Assembly: GCA_023438325.1 (NCBI GenBank)
Contig: JAEXRB010000259.1
Coordinates: 1-39,535, forward strand
Direction of reading: 5' to 3'
Length of the DNA: 39,535 nucleotides
Source: Pseudomonadota bacterium
GTDB taxonomy: Bacteria; Pseudomonadota; Gammaproteobacteria; Xanthomonadales; Xanthomonadaceae
Part shown: positions 28,101 to 39,535 of the stretch, piece by piece
How positions within the stretch are numbered: position 1 is the stretch's first letter
Layout: every line of letters begins with the position of its first letter
Notes under the pieces: model-generated
The model's input: only the letters and a program-made list of their open reading frames with translations
Databases searched by the model: none
Told to the model about the DNA's origin: nothing
Made by a program: the position numbers and the translations under genes

Positions 28101-30533
28101 ATGCACGACGCCACACTCAAGCTCGACGACGATGCCCCCGCAGTGCGACTGCCCGAACGCATCGGCCCGTACCAGGTGCTCGGCCTACTCGGCGAAGGCG
28201 GCATGGGGCGGGTGTATCTGGCACGCGAAAGCCATCCGCCACGCGATGTCGCCCTGAAAGTGGTACGCGGGCTATCCGGCCATGCGCTGGCACGCTTCCG
28301 GCGCGAAATCGAGCTTCTGGCACAACTCGAACATCCTGGCATCGGTCGACTCTATGCTGCCGGTGAGGACGTCATCGGCGGCATTCCGATTCCCTGGCTC
28401 GCACTGGAACTGATCCGCGGCCAAGACCTGCGCAGCTGGGCAGAGCGGGAGCGTCCCGATCTCGCCGCTCGCCTGCGAATCCTTGTCGCCATCTGCCACG
28501 CGGTGCAGCACGCCCACGAACGCGGCGTGATCCATCGCGATCTCAAGCCCGGCAACATCCTCGTGGATGCCTCCGGCCAACCGAAAGTCGTGGACTTCGG
28601 CGTGGCCCGCCTGCGTGGCGACGATGACGGCATGACCCAGGCAGGCCAGGTCATCGGAACCCTGCCCTACATGAGCCCCGAACAACTCGCCGGGCGCACC
28701 GCCGAAGTAGACGCACGCAGCGATGTGTATGCGCTGGGCACCATCGCCTACGAGATCGTGAGCGGTCGGCTCCCGCATCCACGCCTGACCACCTCCACGC
28801 TGTTCGAGGCGCTGGACATCATGCGGCGCGAAGATCCGCCCCGCCTGCGCACGCTGACCCCGCAGGCACGTGGCGACCTCGACAAGGTAGTCATGAAGGC
28901 ACTGGCAAGCGACCCGGCACAGCGCTATGCCAGTGCAGGCGCCTTCGCCGACGACCTGCAGCGCCTCATCGACCATCGCCCGGTGATGGCACGTGCACCG
29001 ACACTGGCCTACCGCGCCAATCGCTTCGTGCGTCGCCATCGCGCGCTCACCGTGGCGGCGAGCATCGTGTTCCTGGCGCTCGTCGGCACCGCCGTCGTCA
29101 GCACGATGGCCGCACAACGCGCACGGGAAGCACAACTGGATGCCGAATCGCGGGCGCATGAATTGGCGGCGGTCAATGAGTTTGTCGAACGCATGTTGAC
29201 CGAGGCGGATCCGGAGCTCGGCGGCTCGCCGGACATGCCGCTGCGCCAAGTCCTTGAGGGCGCTGCGCTTGCTTTGGAAACGACAGCCTCCCAACCCCGT
29301 ACCGCAGGACAGGTCGCCCTCCTGCTGGGAAATACCTGGAGTGGATTGGGAGAAAGCGTTACCGCACAAGGATTTTTCGATCAAGCGCAGAACTGGCTGG
29401 ATCAGGGGTTCGGCCCTGCCAGCCGAGAGGCCGCCGAAGCGCAATTCGCCCGCCTGCAGGATTTCGCGCGTGGCGGAAAACCTGCCGATGCAATAGATCA
29501 CGCATTGACGTTGGAAGCCGCGCTTGCCCAGTCTGAAGAGGAGTGGGCCGCACACCTGGCCTTGCGGGTTCGTGTGGCGCGTGCCCAGGCGCTGGAAGAA
29601 GTGGGAAGCGTCGAAGCAGCCATCGAACTTGATCGCGCCCTGCTTGCCGACCCGTTGCTTCCACATCTGGATGACAGCGCCATCGTCACCGATGTGCTCC
29701 GCCACAACCTAGCCTACGCGCTCCTGCAAACCGGCAGTTTCACGGAAGCTGAAAACCTGATTCGCCAGACGCTCGAGTCGGAATCTTCCCGGCTCGGAGA
29801 AGATCACCCGCAAACGCTCTATACCAAGAAGGTGCTCGGCCAAACCCTGCATCGTCAGGGGCGTCTGGAAGAAGCCGCCCAGTGGTACGCCGATGTCCAT
29901 GAAAAGCGCCGCGCCCGGTATGGCGACGACCACCCGCTGACGCTGGGCTCCGGGGCGCAACTGGCCGCTGCATACAACTCATTGGATCGTCCCACCGAAG
30001 CCGAGCCGCTGTTGCGCCGCGCACTGGAAACCCGCATCGCACGCGGTGAAGGCGATTCGCATGACGCCTTGGTCGATCGCGTCATGTTCATCGCGACACT
30101 CGATAAGCTCGGCCGCGCCGACGAGGCGCTTGCGCTTGCGGAAGAAGCCATCGCGATGGAACGCGGCGCCCCCAACCGCGACACCTTGATGGCCCGCAGT
30201 GCCCGGGGAACCCTGCTGCTCAAGGCCGGCCGCATCACCGAATCGCGTGCTGCCTTCGCCGAATTGATCCGTCTGGCACCGGACATCCTCGGCCCCAACT
30301 TTCCGAACTGGCCGGTGATGCTATCCAATGCCGCCGCTGCGGATCTTGCCGCTGGCGATGCCGCGGCCGCACGCGAAAAACTCGAACCGGCACTGGAACT
30401 GCTCCAGTCCCGCCAAGGCCCGAATCACCCCCGTACCCGCGAAGCCGCGAAACGGCTGATTGAGACCTACGAAACATTGGGCATGAAGAACGAAGCCGCC
30501 GCACTGCAAGAGCAACAACCAACCCCAAATTGA
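28101..30533 (+). CDS. Hanks-type Ser/Thr protein kinase with TM helix and C-terminal TPR-like helical repeats
   Basis: GEGGMGRVY, VALK, HRDLKPGN, DFG, GTLPYMSPEQ, DVYALG; TM ALTVAASIVFLALVGTAVV; G(E/D)DHPxTL TPR-type repeats. Confidence 0.92.
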   Translation: MHDATLKLDDDAPAVRLPERIGPYQVLGLLGEGGMGRVYLARESHPPRDVALKVVRGLSGHALARFRREIELLAQLEHPGIGRLYAAGEDVIGGIPIPWLALELIRGQDLRSWAERERPDLAARLRILVAICHAVQHAHERGVIHRDLKPGNILVDASGQPKVVDFGVARLRGDDDGMTQAGQVIGTLPYMSPEQLAGRTAEVDARSDVYALGTIAYEIVSGRLPHPRLTTSTLFEALDIMRREDPPRLRTLTPQARGDLDKVVMKALASDPAQRYASAGAFADDLQRLIDHRPVMARAPTLAYRANRFVRRHRALTVAASIVFLALVGTAVVSTMAAQRAREAQLDAESRAHELAAVNEFVERMLTEADPELGGSPDMPLRQVLEGAALALETTASQPRTAGQVALLLGNTWSGLGESVTAQGFFDQAQNWLDQGFGPASREAAEAQFARLQDFARGGKPADAIDHALTLEAALAQSEEEWAAHLALRVRVARAQALEEVGSVEAAIELDRALLADPLLPHLDDSAIVTDVLRHNLAYALLQTGSFTEAENLIRQTLESESSRLGEDHPQTLYTKKVLGQTLHRQGRLEEAAQWYADVHEKRRARYGDDHPLTLGSGAQLAAAYNSLDRPTEAEPLLRRALETRIARGEGDSHDALVDRVMFIATLDKLGRADEALALAEEAIAMERGAPNRDTLMARSARGTLLLKAGRITESRAAFAELIRLAPDILGPNFPNWPVMLSNAAAADLAAGDAAAAREKLEPALELLQSRQGPNHPRTREAAKRLIETYETLGMKNEAAALQEQQPTPN

Positions 30534-30549
30534 TTCACCTCACCAACCC

Positions 30550-30575
30550 GCCGGCATCGACAGCCCGATGCTGGC
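30550..30575. terminator. Hairpin between convergent genes (possible terminator, no clear U-tract)
   Basis: GCCGGCATCG-acagcc-CGATGCTGGC, 10-bp stem with one G:U pair. Confidence 0.35.
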
Positions 30576-30621
30576 CTTGATGGTATCGACATCGCGCATC
30601 ACCCAGCCAGCACGCCCGGAC

Positions 30622-32034
30622 TCACGGTATGGGCAAGGGACTGGCGGCTTCGGAGCGGTCGATATGGATGAGGACATCGAACCGTTCAAGCATCGCGTTC
30701 AGGTCGTAATAGTCACTGGGCGGATACTCAGGCCAGTAGACCGAGCCAACCTGCAGGAAATTGCGCGGCTGCACCAGCCAATTGCGCAGCTCCGCAACCG
30801 GCAATGACGTCAAATCCAGAATGAAATTCTCTTCATCCGCCGAGTGCAGCAGTTCATTCACCGACCCGGCCAGCGGCGGCAAAGGATGGACATGCTTCAT
30901 CACGCCGACACCCGGAGCCTGGGCCATGAATTCGCCATGGGCCCACGAGAAACCGACCGCCTGATACTCGTCCCCTAGCGTCTCGCGCAGGAGGCTGCCC
31001 ATGGTCGGAAAACCCTCGCCATGAGGACTTGCGGCCACATGCAGGTTATGTCCCCACAATGCCACCCTGATGCCTGGCTCGGTGAGGGCTTCCAGACGCA
31101 GGACGTTGTTGGCCAGGCTCCGCTCGCGGTGATGTGACTGATCGATCCACGCCGCGTTGTGAACCATGAACATGGCAGCATGCGAATCCAGCAAGTTCCT
31201 CAGCAAGTACATGTGCAGCTCGAAATCCGCCTCCGAACCAGCGGCCACCAGTTCGGCACGTCGATTCAGCAGAGTGTCCGTCAACGCCTCCAGCCCCTCC
31301 CGCAATCGGTCGTAATCGCCTTGGCTCATGGCGGCGTACAACTCCCAGGCCCCCGCCATCGACACTCGCAACGGCCCGACCGCATCCTCGGCAGCATCGA
31401 GCAGATCCGGCGCAGTCCGGGTCAGATACTGGATCAATAAATCAGGCTGCAAACCCACCGTGGCCGAATCCACGCCGATGTAGCGCAACCGCTCCTGCTC
31501 CGGTCGACCTGCGTTGTAATCGGCCATCCACTGGATCAGATCACGCATTTCTTCGGTGTACCAGGGCCAGTAATGCATGCGTGCCAGCATGATGGCTTCC
31601 AGATCGCCTTCGCCGGTCTGCACGTAGCGATCGAGATAAATGCCCTCGGCCACATCGGATTCCATGGCGAAGACACGCACACCGTGCTCCTCGACCAGCC
31701 ATCGGAAGATGCGATGCTTCATCCGGAAGAACTGACGCGTTCCGTGCGTGCCCTCGCCCATGCCCACGACCCGTGCCTGGGCCACGCGCGACAGCGGCGC
31801 CAAATCGGTCAAACCTGCTGCGGGATCCGTGGCCTGTAGCGGATGCAGAGCATCGTTGAGCTGCGCGGTACGGATTTCGGCAGGACTGGGCGTTGCCGGT
31901 GGTGGGCTGGTGGGCGGCGGCGGGCTGGAGTTGGAAGATCCACCGCAACTGGACAACAACAGGACAAGCGGCAGCATAAGCGGCAGCCACCGATTGCTGC
32001 GGGGAGCGGCTGAACGGCGGACGTCGAACATCAT
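30622..32034 (-). CDS. Erythromycin esterase (Ere/Bcr-like) family lipoprotein
   Basis: Lipobox LLLSSC, Ser/Pro-rich linker, RVVGMGEGTHGT, FAMESD, LIQWMADYN, YIGVD, WGHNLHV, MGSLLR, FDVLIHI. Confidence 0.85.
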   Translation of the reverse strand: MMFDVRRSAAPRSNRWLPLMLPLVLLLSSCGGSSNSSPPPPTSPPPATPSPAEIRTAQLNDALHPLQATDPAAGLTDLAPLSRVAQARVVGMGEGTHGTRQFFRMKHRIFRWLVEEHGVRVFAMESDVAEGIYLDRYVQTGEGDLEAIMLARMHYWPWYTEEMRDLIQWMADYNAGRPEQERLRYIGVDSATVGLQPDLLIQYLTRTAPDLLDAAEDAVGPLRVSMAGAWELYAAMSQGDYDRLREGLEALTDTLLNRRAELVAAGSEADFELHMYLLRNLLDSHAAMFMVHNAAWIDQSHHRERSLANNVLRLEALTEPGIRVALWGHNLHVAASPHGEGFPTMGSLLRETLGDEYQAVGFSWAHGEFMAQAPGVGVMKHVHPLPPLAGSVNELLHSADEENFILDLTSLPVAELRNWLVQPRNFLQVGSVYWPEYPPSDYYDLNAMLERFDVLIHIDRSEAASPLPIP

Positions 32035-32166
32035 GGAACCCTTCCGTGAATGCGTCGATTCATCGAGTGTAATGCAGTCCTCGATGCCTCAGGCCGGCCC
32101 TTCATCAGCCCAATCGGGCAGCTTCACACGTCGAACTCCCTGAGTTGCACGTACCTTGCCCGCGGT

Positions 32167-33780
32167 TCACCACGCCATCATGCGCCAGCCCTCCGAAGTG
32201 GCACGCAAGCGATGCGTCAGGCCAAGTTTTTCGAGAAACACCTCGTCATGCGATACCACCACCAGTGCGCCTCGATAGGCACACAGCATCGTTTCCAGTG
32301 CCTGCACTGACGGCAGATCAAGGTGATTGCATGGCTCATCCAGCAACAACAGTCGCGGGGGCGGATCGGCGTGGAGCACGCACGCCAGGGTTGCCTTCAA
32401 TCGCTCCCCGCCACTGAGCGCACCGATGGGAGCCGAGATCCTTGCCGCATCCAGCCCCGACTGCGCCAGGCGCGTGCGCAGATCAGCATCGACACCGCCA
32501 GAAATGGCAGCCTGCATGTGTTCAAGAATGGAGCGCTCTGGCGCCAGGGCGGTCAGGCGCTGGTCGAGAAATATCGTTTCGGAAGCGACCTTGCAGGTTC
32601 CCGCCAAGGGTGCAACTCGCCCCGCCATGACATTCAGCAAGGTCGACTTGCCGCATCCGTTCGGGCCCACCACAGCGATACGCTGCTGCCCGATCAACGT
32701 CAGTTGAACATCGCGCATGACACCTGACACGAAAGGCAGTTGCACCGCTTCCAGCGCTGCCACGCGCCGCTGTGCTGACTGCACGATGGGAAGTGCGCGC
32801 AGGGAAATTACCCTGTCTTCCTCCACTTGCCGGGCCGCGTCACGCACGCGCCGATCCAACTGCTCGCGACTGGCGGCGTGCTGGCGCCGGAGGCGGCCTG
32901 CCGAGGACTCACTGCGCTCCTTCTGACGCCCCAGAAGGATATTCGCCTGATTGGCCTCCTTGCCATGTTGTGCACCGCGACCCTGTCGCCGGACTTGACG
33001 CTCGCGCTCGATCCGCATGGCCTGCTCTTCGCGCTGGCGCTCGAGCTTGCGCTGCTCAAGCTGATCGAGTGCGTTCTGTCGCTCCTGCGATTTGCATTGC
33101 GCGTAGAAGGTGTAGTTGCCGCCGTAACTGCGCAATCCGAGGGCGGAGAGTTCGACGGTACGCTGCATCGCATCGAGCAACTCCCGATCGTGACTGATCA
33201 CCAGCAACCCGCGTGTCCAGCGTTGCAACTGCGTGATGAGTGACTGCCGGCTCGGGCGATCAAGATGGTTGCTGGGCTCATCCAGGATCATGAAATCGGA
33301 ATCCGACAACCATGCGCCCATCAATGCGACACGCATGGCTTCGCCACCACTCAGACGGCTTGCCGGCGTGAACAGATCGAGATGATCCAGGCCATGCCGC
33401 GTCAATTCCTGCACGAACCTGTCGCGCATGTCCCAGCGTTCGCCAACGATCTCGAAATCCTCGGGCGCAACACTTCCGTCCTCGATGCGCGCCAGCGCAT
33501 CCAGCACCTTCTCGACACCCGCCAGGCTGGCAACGCCGCCGCCTTCGGGCATCGCTGTCTGTTGTGCCAGATAATGCACCTGGCCCGATCGCAGGCATTT
33601 GCCTTCGGCAGGTTGCAGATGTCCGGCCAGAATGCGCGCGAGCACGGTCTTGCCGACGCCATTGCGCCCGACCAGCCCGGTGGAGCGTGCATCGAAGGTT
33701 TCGTCGAGACCGGAAAACAAGAGCCTGCCATCCGGCAGGACATGGGACACGCCTTCCAGCGTGAGATGGGGATTCGTCAT
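32167..33780 (-). CDS. ABC-F family ATPase (two ABC domains, no TM segments); possible ribosome-protection type
   Basis: GRNGVGKT/LSGGE/LDEPSNHLD/SHDR and GPNGCGKS/LSGGE/LDEPCNHLD/SHD; long basic helical linker. Start taken as MTNPHL at 33780. Confidence 0.9.
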   Translation of the reverse strand: MTNPHLTLEGVSHVLPDGRLLFSGLDETFDARSTGLVGRNGVGKTVLARILAGHLQPAEGKCLRSGQVHYLAQQTAMPEGGGVASLAGVEKVLDALARIEDGSVAPEDFEIVGERWDMRDRFVQELTRHGLDHLDLFTPASRLSGGEAMRVALMGAWLSDSDFMILDEPSNHLDRPSRQSLITQLQRWTRGLLVISHDRELLDAMQRTVELSALGLRSYGGNYTFYAQCKSQERQNALDQLEQRKLERQREEQAMRIERERQVRRQGRGAQHGKEANQANILLGRQKERSESSAGRLRRQHAASREQLDRRVRDAARQVEEDRVISLRALPIVQSAQRRVAALEAVQLPFVSGVMRDVQLTLIGQQRIAVVGPNGCGKSTLLNVMAGRVAPLAGTCKVASETIFLDQRLTALAPERSILEHMQAAISGGVDADLRTRLAQSGLDAARISAPIGALSGGERLKATLACVLHADPPPRLLLLDEPCNHLDLPSVQALETMLCAYRGALVVVSHDEVFLEKLGLTHRLRATSEGWRMMAW

Positions 33781-33789
33781 ATGCATTGT

Positions 33790-33882
33790 CCAGAGATGCC
33801 GAGTGCTCCCCACGGTGCGGGGAAGGCGGAAACGGGCCGTCTTGGTGACGGCGGCATCACTGACGCATTGGACGAACACCTC
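33790..33882 (-). promoter_or_regulatory. Putative attenuator leader: SD, three-codon uORF (MRQ*, 33857-33868) and hairpins
   Basis: Minus strand GAGGTG-N8-ATG CGT CAG TGA; hairpin GCCGTC-accaa-GACGGC; hairpin TTCCCCGC-acc-GTGGGGAG; closing pair GATGCCG/CGGCATC. Confidence 0.6.
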
Positions 33883-33961
33883 GACAGGAACTGGAGCGCA
33901 GGCGCTGATTCTACTCCGGCAACCACACCCGCGGCTGTCTGGACACGACAGCCGACTCACC

Positions 33962-36273
<2,312 letters not shown>

Positions 36274-36278
36274 GAACG

Positions 36279-37319
36279 ATGAGCAATTCGAATCTTCCCG
36301 CCGATGGCGCGCCGATGACGATGATCCAGGCGCTGCGCTCGGCCATGGACGTGATGCTGGAACGTGACGACAACGTGGTCATCTTCGGCGAAGACGTGGG
36401 CTATTTCGGCGGTGTGTTCCGCTGCACCGATGGCCTGCAAGCCAAGTACGGCAAGCACCGCGTGTTCGATGCGCCGATTTCCGAAAGCGGCATCGCCGGC
36501 GCGGCCATCGGCATGGGCGCCTACGGCCTGCGCCCGGTGGCTGAAATCCAGTTCGCCGATTACATCTATCCGGCCTACGACCAGATCGTTTCCGAAGCCG
36601 CTCGCCTGCGTTATCGCTCCTGCGGCACCTTCACCTCGCCAATCGTGTTCCGCACGCCGTGCGGCGGTGGCATCTACGGCGGCCAGACCCACAGCCAGAG
36701 CCCGGAGGCGATCTTCACCCACGTCGCCGGCCTGCGCACGGTGATGCCATCCAATCCGTATGACGCCAAGGGCCTGCTGATCTCCTCGATCGAGAACGAC
36801 GATCCGGTGATCTTTCTCGAACCCAAGCGCCTCTACAACGGCCCCTTCGACGGCCATCACGACCGCCCCGTCGTGGCATGGGGCAAGCACCCCGGCAACG
36901 CCGTGCCCGAGGGCTACTACACCGTGCCGCTGGACAAGGCCGCCATCGCCCGCGAAGGCAAGGCCGTGACCATCCTCACCTACGGCACCACCGTCTGGGT
37001 GGCGCTCGCCGCCGCGCAGGATTCAGGCATCGACGCCGAAGTGATCGACCTGCGCAGCCTGTGGCCGCTGGACTTCGACACCATCATGGAATCGGTGAAA
37101 AAGACCCGCCGCTGCATCGTGCTGCACGAGGCCACCCGCACCTGCGGTTTCGGCGCCGAATTGGTGTCGCTGGTGCAGGAGCATTGTTTCTATCACCTGG
37201 AAGCCCCGGTCGAACGCGTCACCGGCTGGGATACGCCCTACCCGCATGCGCAGGAATGGGATTACTTCCCCGGCCCCGCCCGGGTCATCGACGCCATGCG
37301 TCGCGTGCTGGAGGACTGA
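36279..37319 (+). CDS. bkdA2: Branched-chain 2-oxoacid dehydrogenase E1 beta subunit
   Basis: GEDVGYFGGVFR, FDAPISE, EIQFADY, GGQTHSQSPEA, FLEPKRLY, WDTPYPHAQEW. Confidence 0.95.
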   Translation: MSNSNLPADGAPMTMIQALRSAMDVMLERDDNVVIFGEDVGYFGGVFRCTDGLQAKYGKHRVFDAPISESGIAGAAIGMGAYGLRPVAEIQFADYIYPAYDQIVSEAARLRYRSCGTFTSPIVFRTPCGGGIYGGQTHSQSPEAIFTHVAGLRTVMPSNPYDAKGLLISSIENDDPVIFLEPKRLYNGPFDGHHDRPVVAWGKHPGNAVPEGYYTVPLDKAAIAREGKAVTILTYGTTVWVALAAAQDSGIDAEVIDLRSLWPLDFDTIMESVKKTRRCIVLHEATRTCGFGAELVSLVQEHCFYHLEAPVERVTGWDTPYPHAQEWDYFPGPARVIDAMRRVLED

Positions 37320-37322
37320 ACC

Positions 37323-38654
37323 ATGGGACAGCATGTCATCAAGATGCCGGACATCGGCGAAGGCATCGCGGAAGTTGAACTGATCGCCTGGAAGGTCGTC
37401 GTCGGCGGCCCGGTGAGCGAAGACGAGGTGATCGCCGAGGTCATGACCGACAAGGCCATGGTGGAAATACCATCGCCCGTCACCGGCACCGTGGTGTCCT
37501 TCGGCGGGCAGCCGGGCCAGATGATGGCGGTGGGTAGCGAGTTGATTCGTCTCGAAGTGGCGGGTCAGGGCAATGTCGGCGCCCATGACATCGCGCCACC
37601 TGCAGCGCCTGCGGTCGAAAAACCCGTGGTCGAACAACTCGTCGCGGCCGCGGCGCCGCCCGCACCTGCGCGCACGGCGGAAGCAAAACCGCAAATCACC
37701 TCGGCCCAACCCGCACCTGCTTGCGCCACCACCGCCGAACGCGGCCCGGCCACGCGCAGCGTGCTGACGCCGGGTGAAGCTCCGCTGGCCTCGCCGGCCG
37801 TGCGGCGGCGTGCGTGGGACATGGGCATCGAACTGCGTTACGTCACGCCCACAGGTTCCGGCGGTCGCATCGTGCATGCCGATCTGGATGCTTACGCGGC
37901 CAACGGTGGTGCCACGCAATCCAGCCCCAACGGCGGCAGCGCCTATGCCCGCCGCAACGGGCAAACACAGGTTCCCATCATGGGGCTGCGCCGCAAGATC
38001 GCGCAGAAGATGCAGGATTCCTGGACGCGCATTCCGCACATCACCTACGTCGAAGAAATCGACGTGACCGAAGTGGAAAACCTGCGCGCCCAGCTCAACT
38101 CGCGCTGGGGCAAGGAACGCGGCAAGCTCACCCTGCTGCCGTTCCTGGCACGATCCATCGTGCTGGCACTGCGCCAGTTCCCGCAGATGAATGCGCGTTA
38201 CGACGACCAAGCCAACATCGTCACCCGACACGAAGGCGTGCAGTTGGGCATCGCCACGCAAAGCGACAACGGCCTTTCGGTGCCGGTGGTTGCGCACGCC
38301 GAGGCGCTGGATCTGTGGCAAACCGCTACCGAGATTTCCCGACTTTCCAGCGCGGTGCGCGCCGGCAAGGCCACGCGCGAGGAGCTGAGCGGCTCCACCA
38401 TCACCATTTCAAGCCTCGGCCCGATCGGCGGCATCGCCTCCACACCCATCATCAACCACCCGGAAGTGGCCATCGTCGGCGTCAACCGCATCATCGAGCG
38501 CCCCTGTTTCCGTGAGGGTCATGTGGTGGCACGCAAGCTGATGAATCTTTCCTCGTCGTTCGACCATCGCATCGTCGATGGCATGGAAGCGGCTGAATTC
38601 GTGCAGGCCATCCGTCGCCTGCTGGAATCACCGGCCCTGTTGTTCGTGGAGTAA
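37323..38654 (+). CDS. bkdB: Branched-chain 2-oxoacid dehydrogenase E2 (dihydrolipoamide acyltransferase)
   Basis: Lipoyl domain EVMTDKA, E3-binding ASPAVRRRA, catalytic FDHRIVDG. Confidence 0.95.
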   Translation: MGQHVIKMPDIGEGIAEVELIAWKVVVGGPVSEDEVIAEVMTDKAMVEIPSPVTGTVVSFGGQPGQMMAVGSELIRLEVAGQGNVGAHDIAPPAAPAVEKPVVEQLVAAAAPPAPARTAEAKPQITSAQPAPACATTAERGPATRSVLTPGEAPLASPAVRRRAWDMGIELRYVTPTGSGGRIVHADLDAYAANGGATQSSPNGGSAYARRNGQTQVPIMGLRRKIAQKMQDSWTRIPHITYVEEIDVTEVENLRAQLNSRWGKERGKLTLLPFLARSIVLALRQFPQMNARYDDQANIVTRHEGVQLGIATQSDNGLSVPVVAHAEALDLWQTATEISRLSSAVRAGKATREELSGSTITISSLGPIGGIASTPIINHPEVAIVGVNRIIERPCFREGHVVARKLMNLSSSFDHRIVDGMEAAEFVQAIRRLLESPALLFVE

Positions 38655-38657
38655 GCC

Positions 38658-39535
38658 GTGGCACAGACACTGGAAACCCAACTGCTGATCCTGGGCGGCG
38701 GCCCCGGCGGCTACGTGGCCGGCATCCGTGCCGGCCAGCTCGGCATCAAGACCGTGCTGGTGGAAGGCGCCACGCCCGGCGGCACCTGCCTCAACATCGG
38801 CTGCATTCCGTCCAAGGCCCTGATCCACGCCGCCGAAGAATTCTCCAAGCTGGCCGGATTTGCCGCCGGCACTTCAGTGCTCGGCATCGGCGCCCAATCG
38901 CCCACGCTGGACATTTCCAAGACCGTGGCGTGGAAGGACGGCATCGTCAAACGCCTCACCGGCGGCGTCGGTGCGCTGCTGAAAAAACACGGCGTGCGCG
39001 TGGTGAACGGCTGGGGCCAGATCACCGATGGCAAAACCGTCGATGTGGCGGGCGCAGGCGATGGCGGACAACTGTTGCGCATCCGCTGCGAACACCTGTT
39101 GCTGGCCACCGGTTCGGTACCGGTGGAACTGCCCTTCCTACCGTTCGGTGGCAAGGTGGTTTCCTCCACCGAGGCGCTCTCACCTGAAACCCTGCCCAAG
39201 CATCTGATCGTGGTGGGTGGCGGCTACATCGGCCTGGAACTGGGCACGGTGTACCGCAAGCTCGGCTGCGAAGTCACCGTGGTGGAAGCGCAGGGCCGCA
39301 TCCTGCCGGCCTACGACGCCGAACTCACCAAGCCTGTGGCGCAACATCTGGAAAAATCCGGCGTGAAACTGCTCACCGGCCATCGCGTACTCGGGCTTTC
39401 CGACACAGGCGCCTTGCGCGTGGCCGATGCGAATGGCACGGAGATTCCACTGGAGGCCGATCGCATCCTGGTGGCCGTGGGGCGCCGCGCGAAAACCGAC
39501 GGCTTCAAGCTCGAAGCGCTGCAACTGGACCTGAC
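38658..39535 (+). CDS. lpdV: Dihydrolipoamide dehydrogenase E3, truncated at the right edge
   Basis: GTG start; [24 protein letters not shown] (redox disulfide), [17 protein letters not shown]. Confidence 0.93.
   Translation, partial: MAQTLETQLLILGGGPGGYVAGIRAGQLGIKTVLVEGATPGGTCLNIGCIPSKALIHAAEEFSKLAGFAAGTSVLGIGAQSPTLDISKTVAWKDGIVKRLTGGVGALLKKHGVRVVNGWGQITDGKTVDVAGAGDGGQLLRIRCEHLLLATGSVPVELPFLPFGGKVVSSTEALSPETLPKHLIVVGGGYIGLELGTVYRKLGCEVTVVEAQGRILPAYDAELTKPVAQHLEKSGVKLLTGHRVLGLSDTGALRVADANGTEIPLEADRILVAVGRRAKTDGFKLEALQLDL

Noticed and set aside
26232..30533. VWA plus kinase as a known ternary conflict system or T6SS module
   Set aside because: No PP2C phosphatase, MoxR ATPase, FHA or T6SS genes; the VWA protein is secreted and transcribed divergently.
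30622..32034. Naming this gene ereA or ereB as a confirmed resistance gene
   Set aside because: Only family-level motifs are visible, and the lipoprotein architecture differs from known Ere enzymes.

Overview
GC-rich bacterial chromosome segment; gene content and the dsbA-EEP and slt-SDR-cca order suggest Xanthomonadales/Lysobacterales (inference). The left part (1-15.2 kb) is housekeeping: partial YheS-like ABC-F, YceH/DUF480, a six-gene group-2 Mrp/Pha antiporter operon, YbaL-like CPA2 antiporter, DsbA, EEP hydrolase, Slt, an NDUFA9-like SDR and CCA enzyme. The middle (15.2-34 kb) is accessory-looking and interrupted only by prfC. It holds (i) a secreted S74-chaperone fibre protein with a partner carrying a DxFxDGFE motif; (ii) an exported cyanophycinase (S51)/isoaspartyl-peptidase (Ntn) fusion divergent from an ECF sigma/FecR/TonB-dependent transducer cassette, where the enzyme and receptor genes share the upstream motif GnGGGA-N11-CGTTCGTC; (iii) a VWA protein with four ~91-aa repeats divergent from a membrane Ser/Thr kinase-TPR protein; and (iv) an ABC-F gene with an SD-led three-codon uORF and structured leader, followed by an erythromycin-esterase-family lipoprotein. 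The right end is a LysR regulator divergent from a branched-chain 2-oxoacid dehydrogenase operon. No tRNA, rRNA, CRISPR, integrase or transposase was recognised. The best novel-system candidate is the putative cyanophycin/beta-aspartyl-peptide sensing, uptake and degradation regulon at 19.3-26.2 kb. All calls come from motif recognition by eye; no database search was run.
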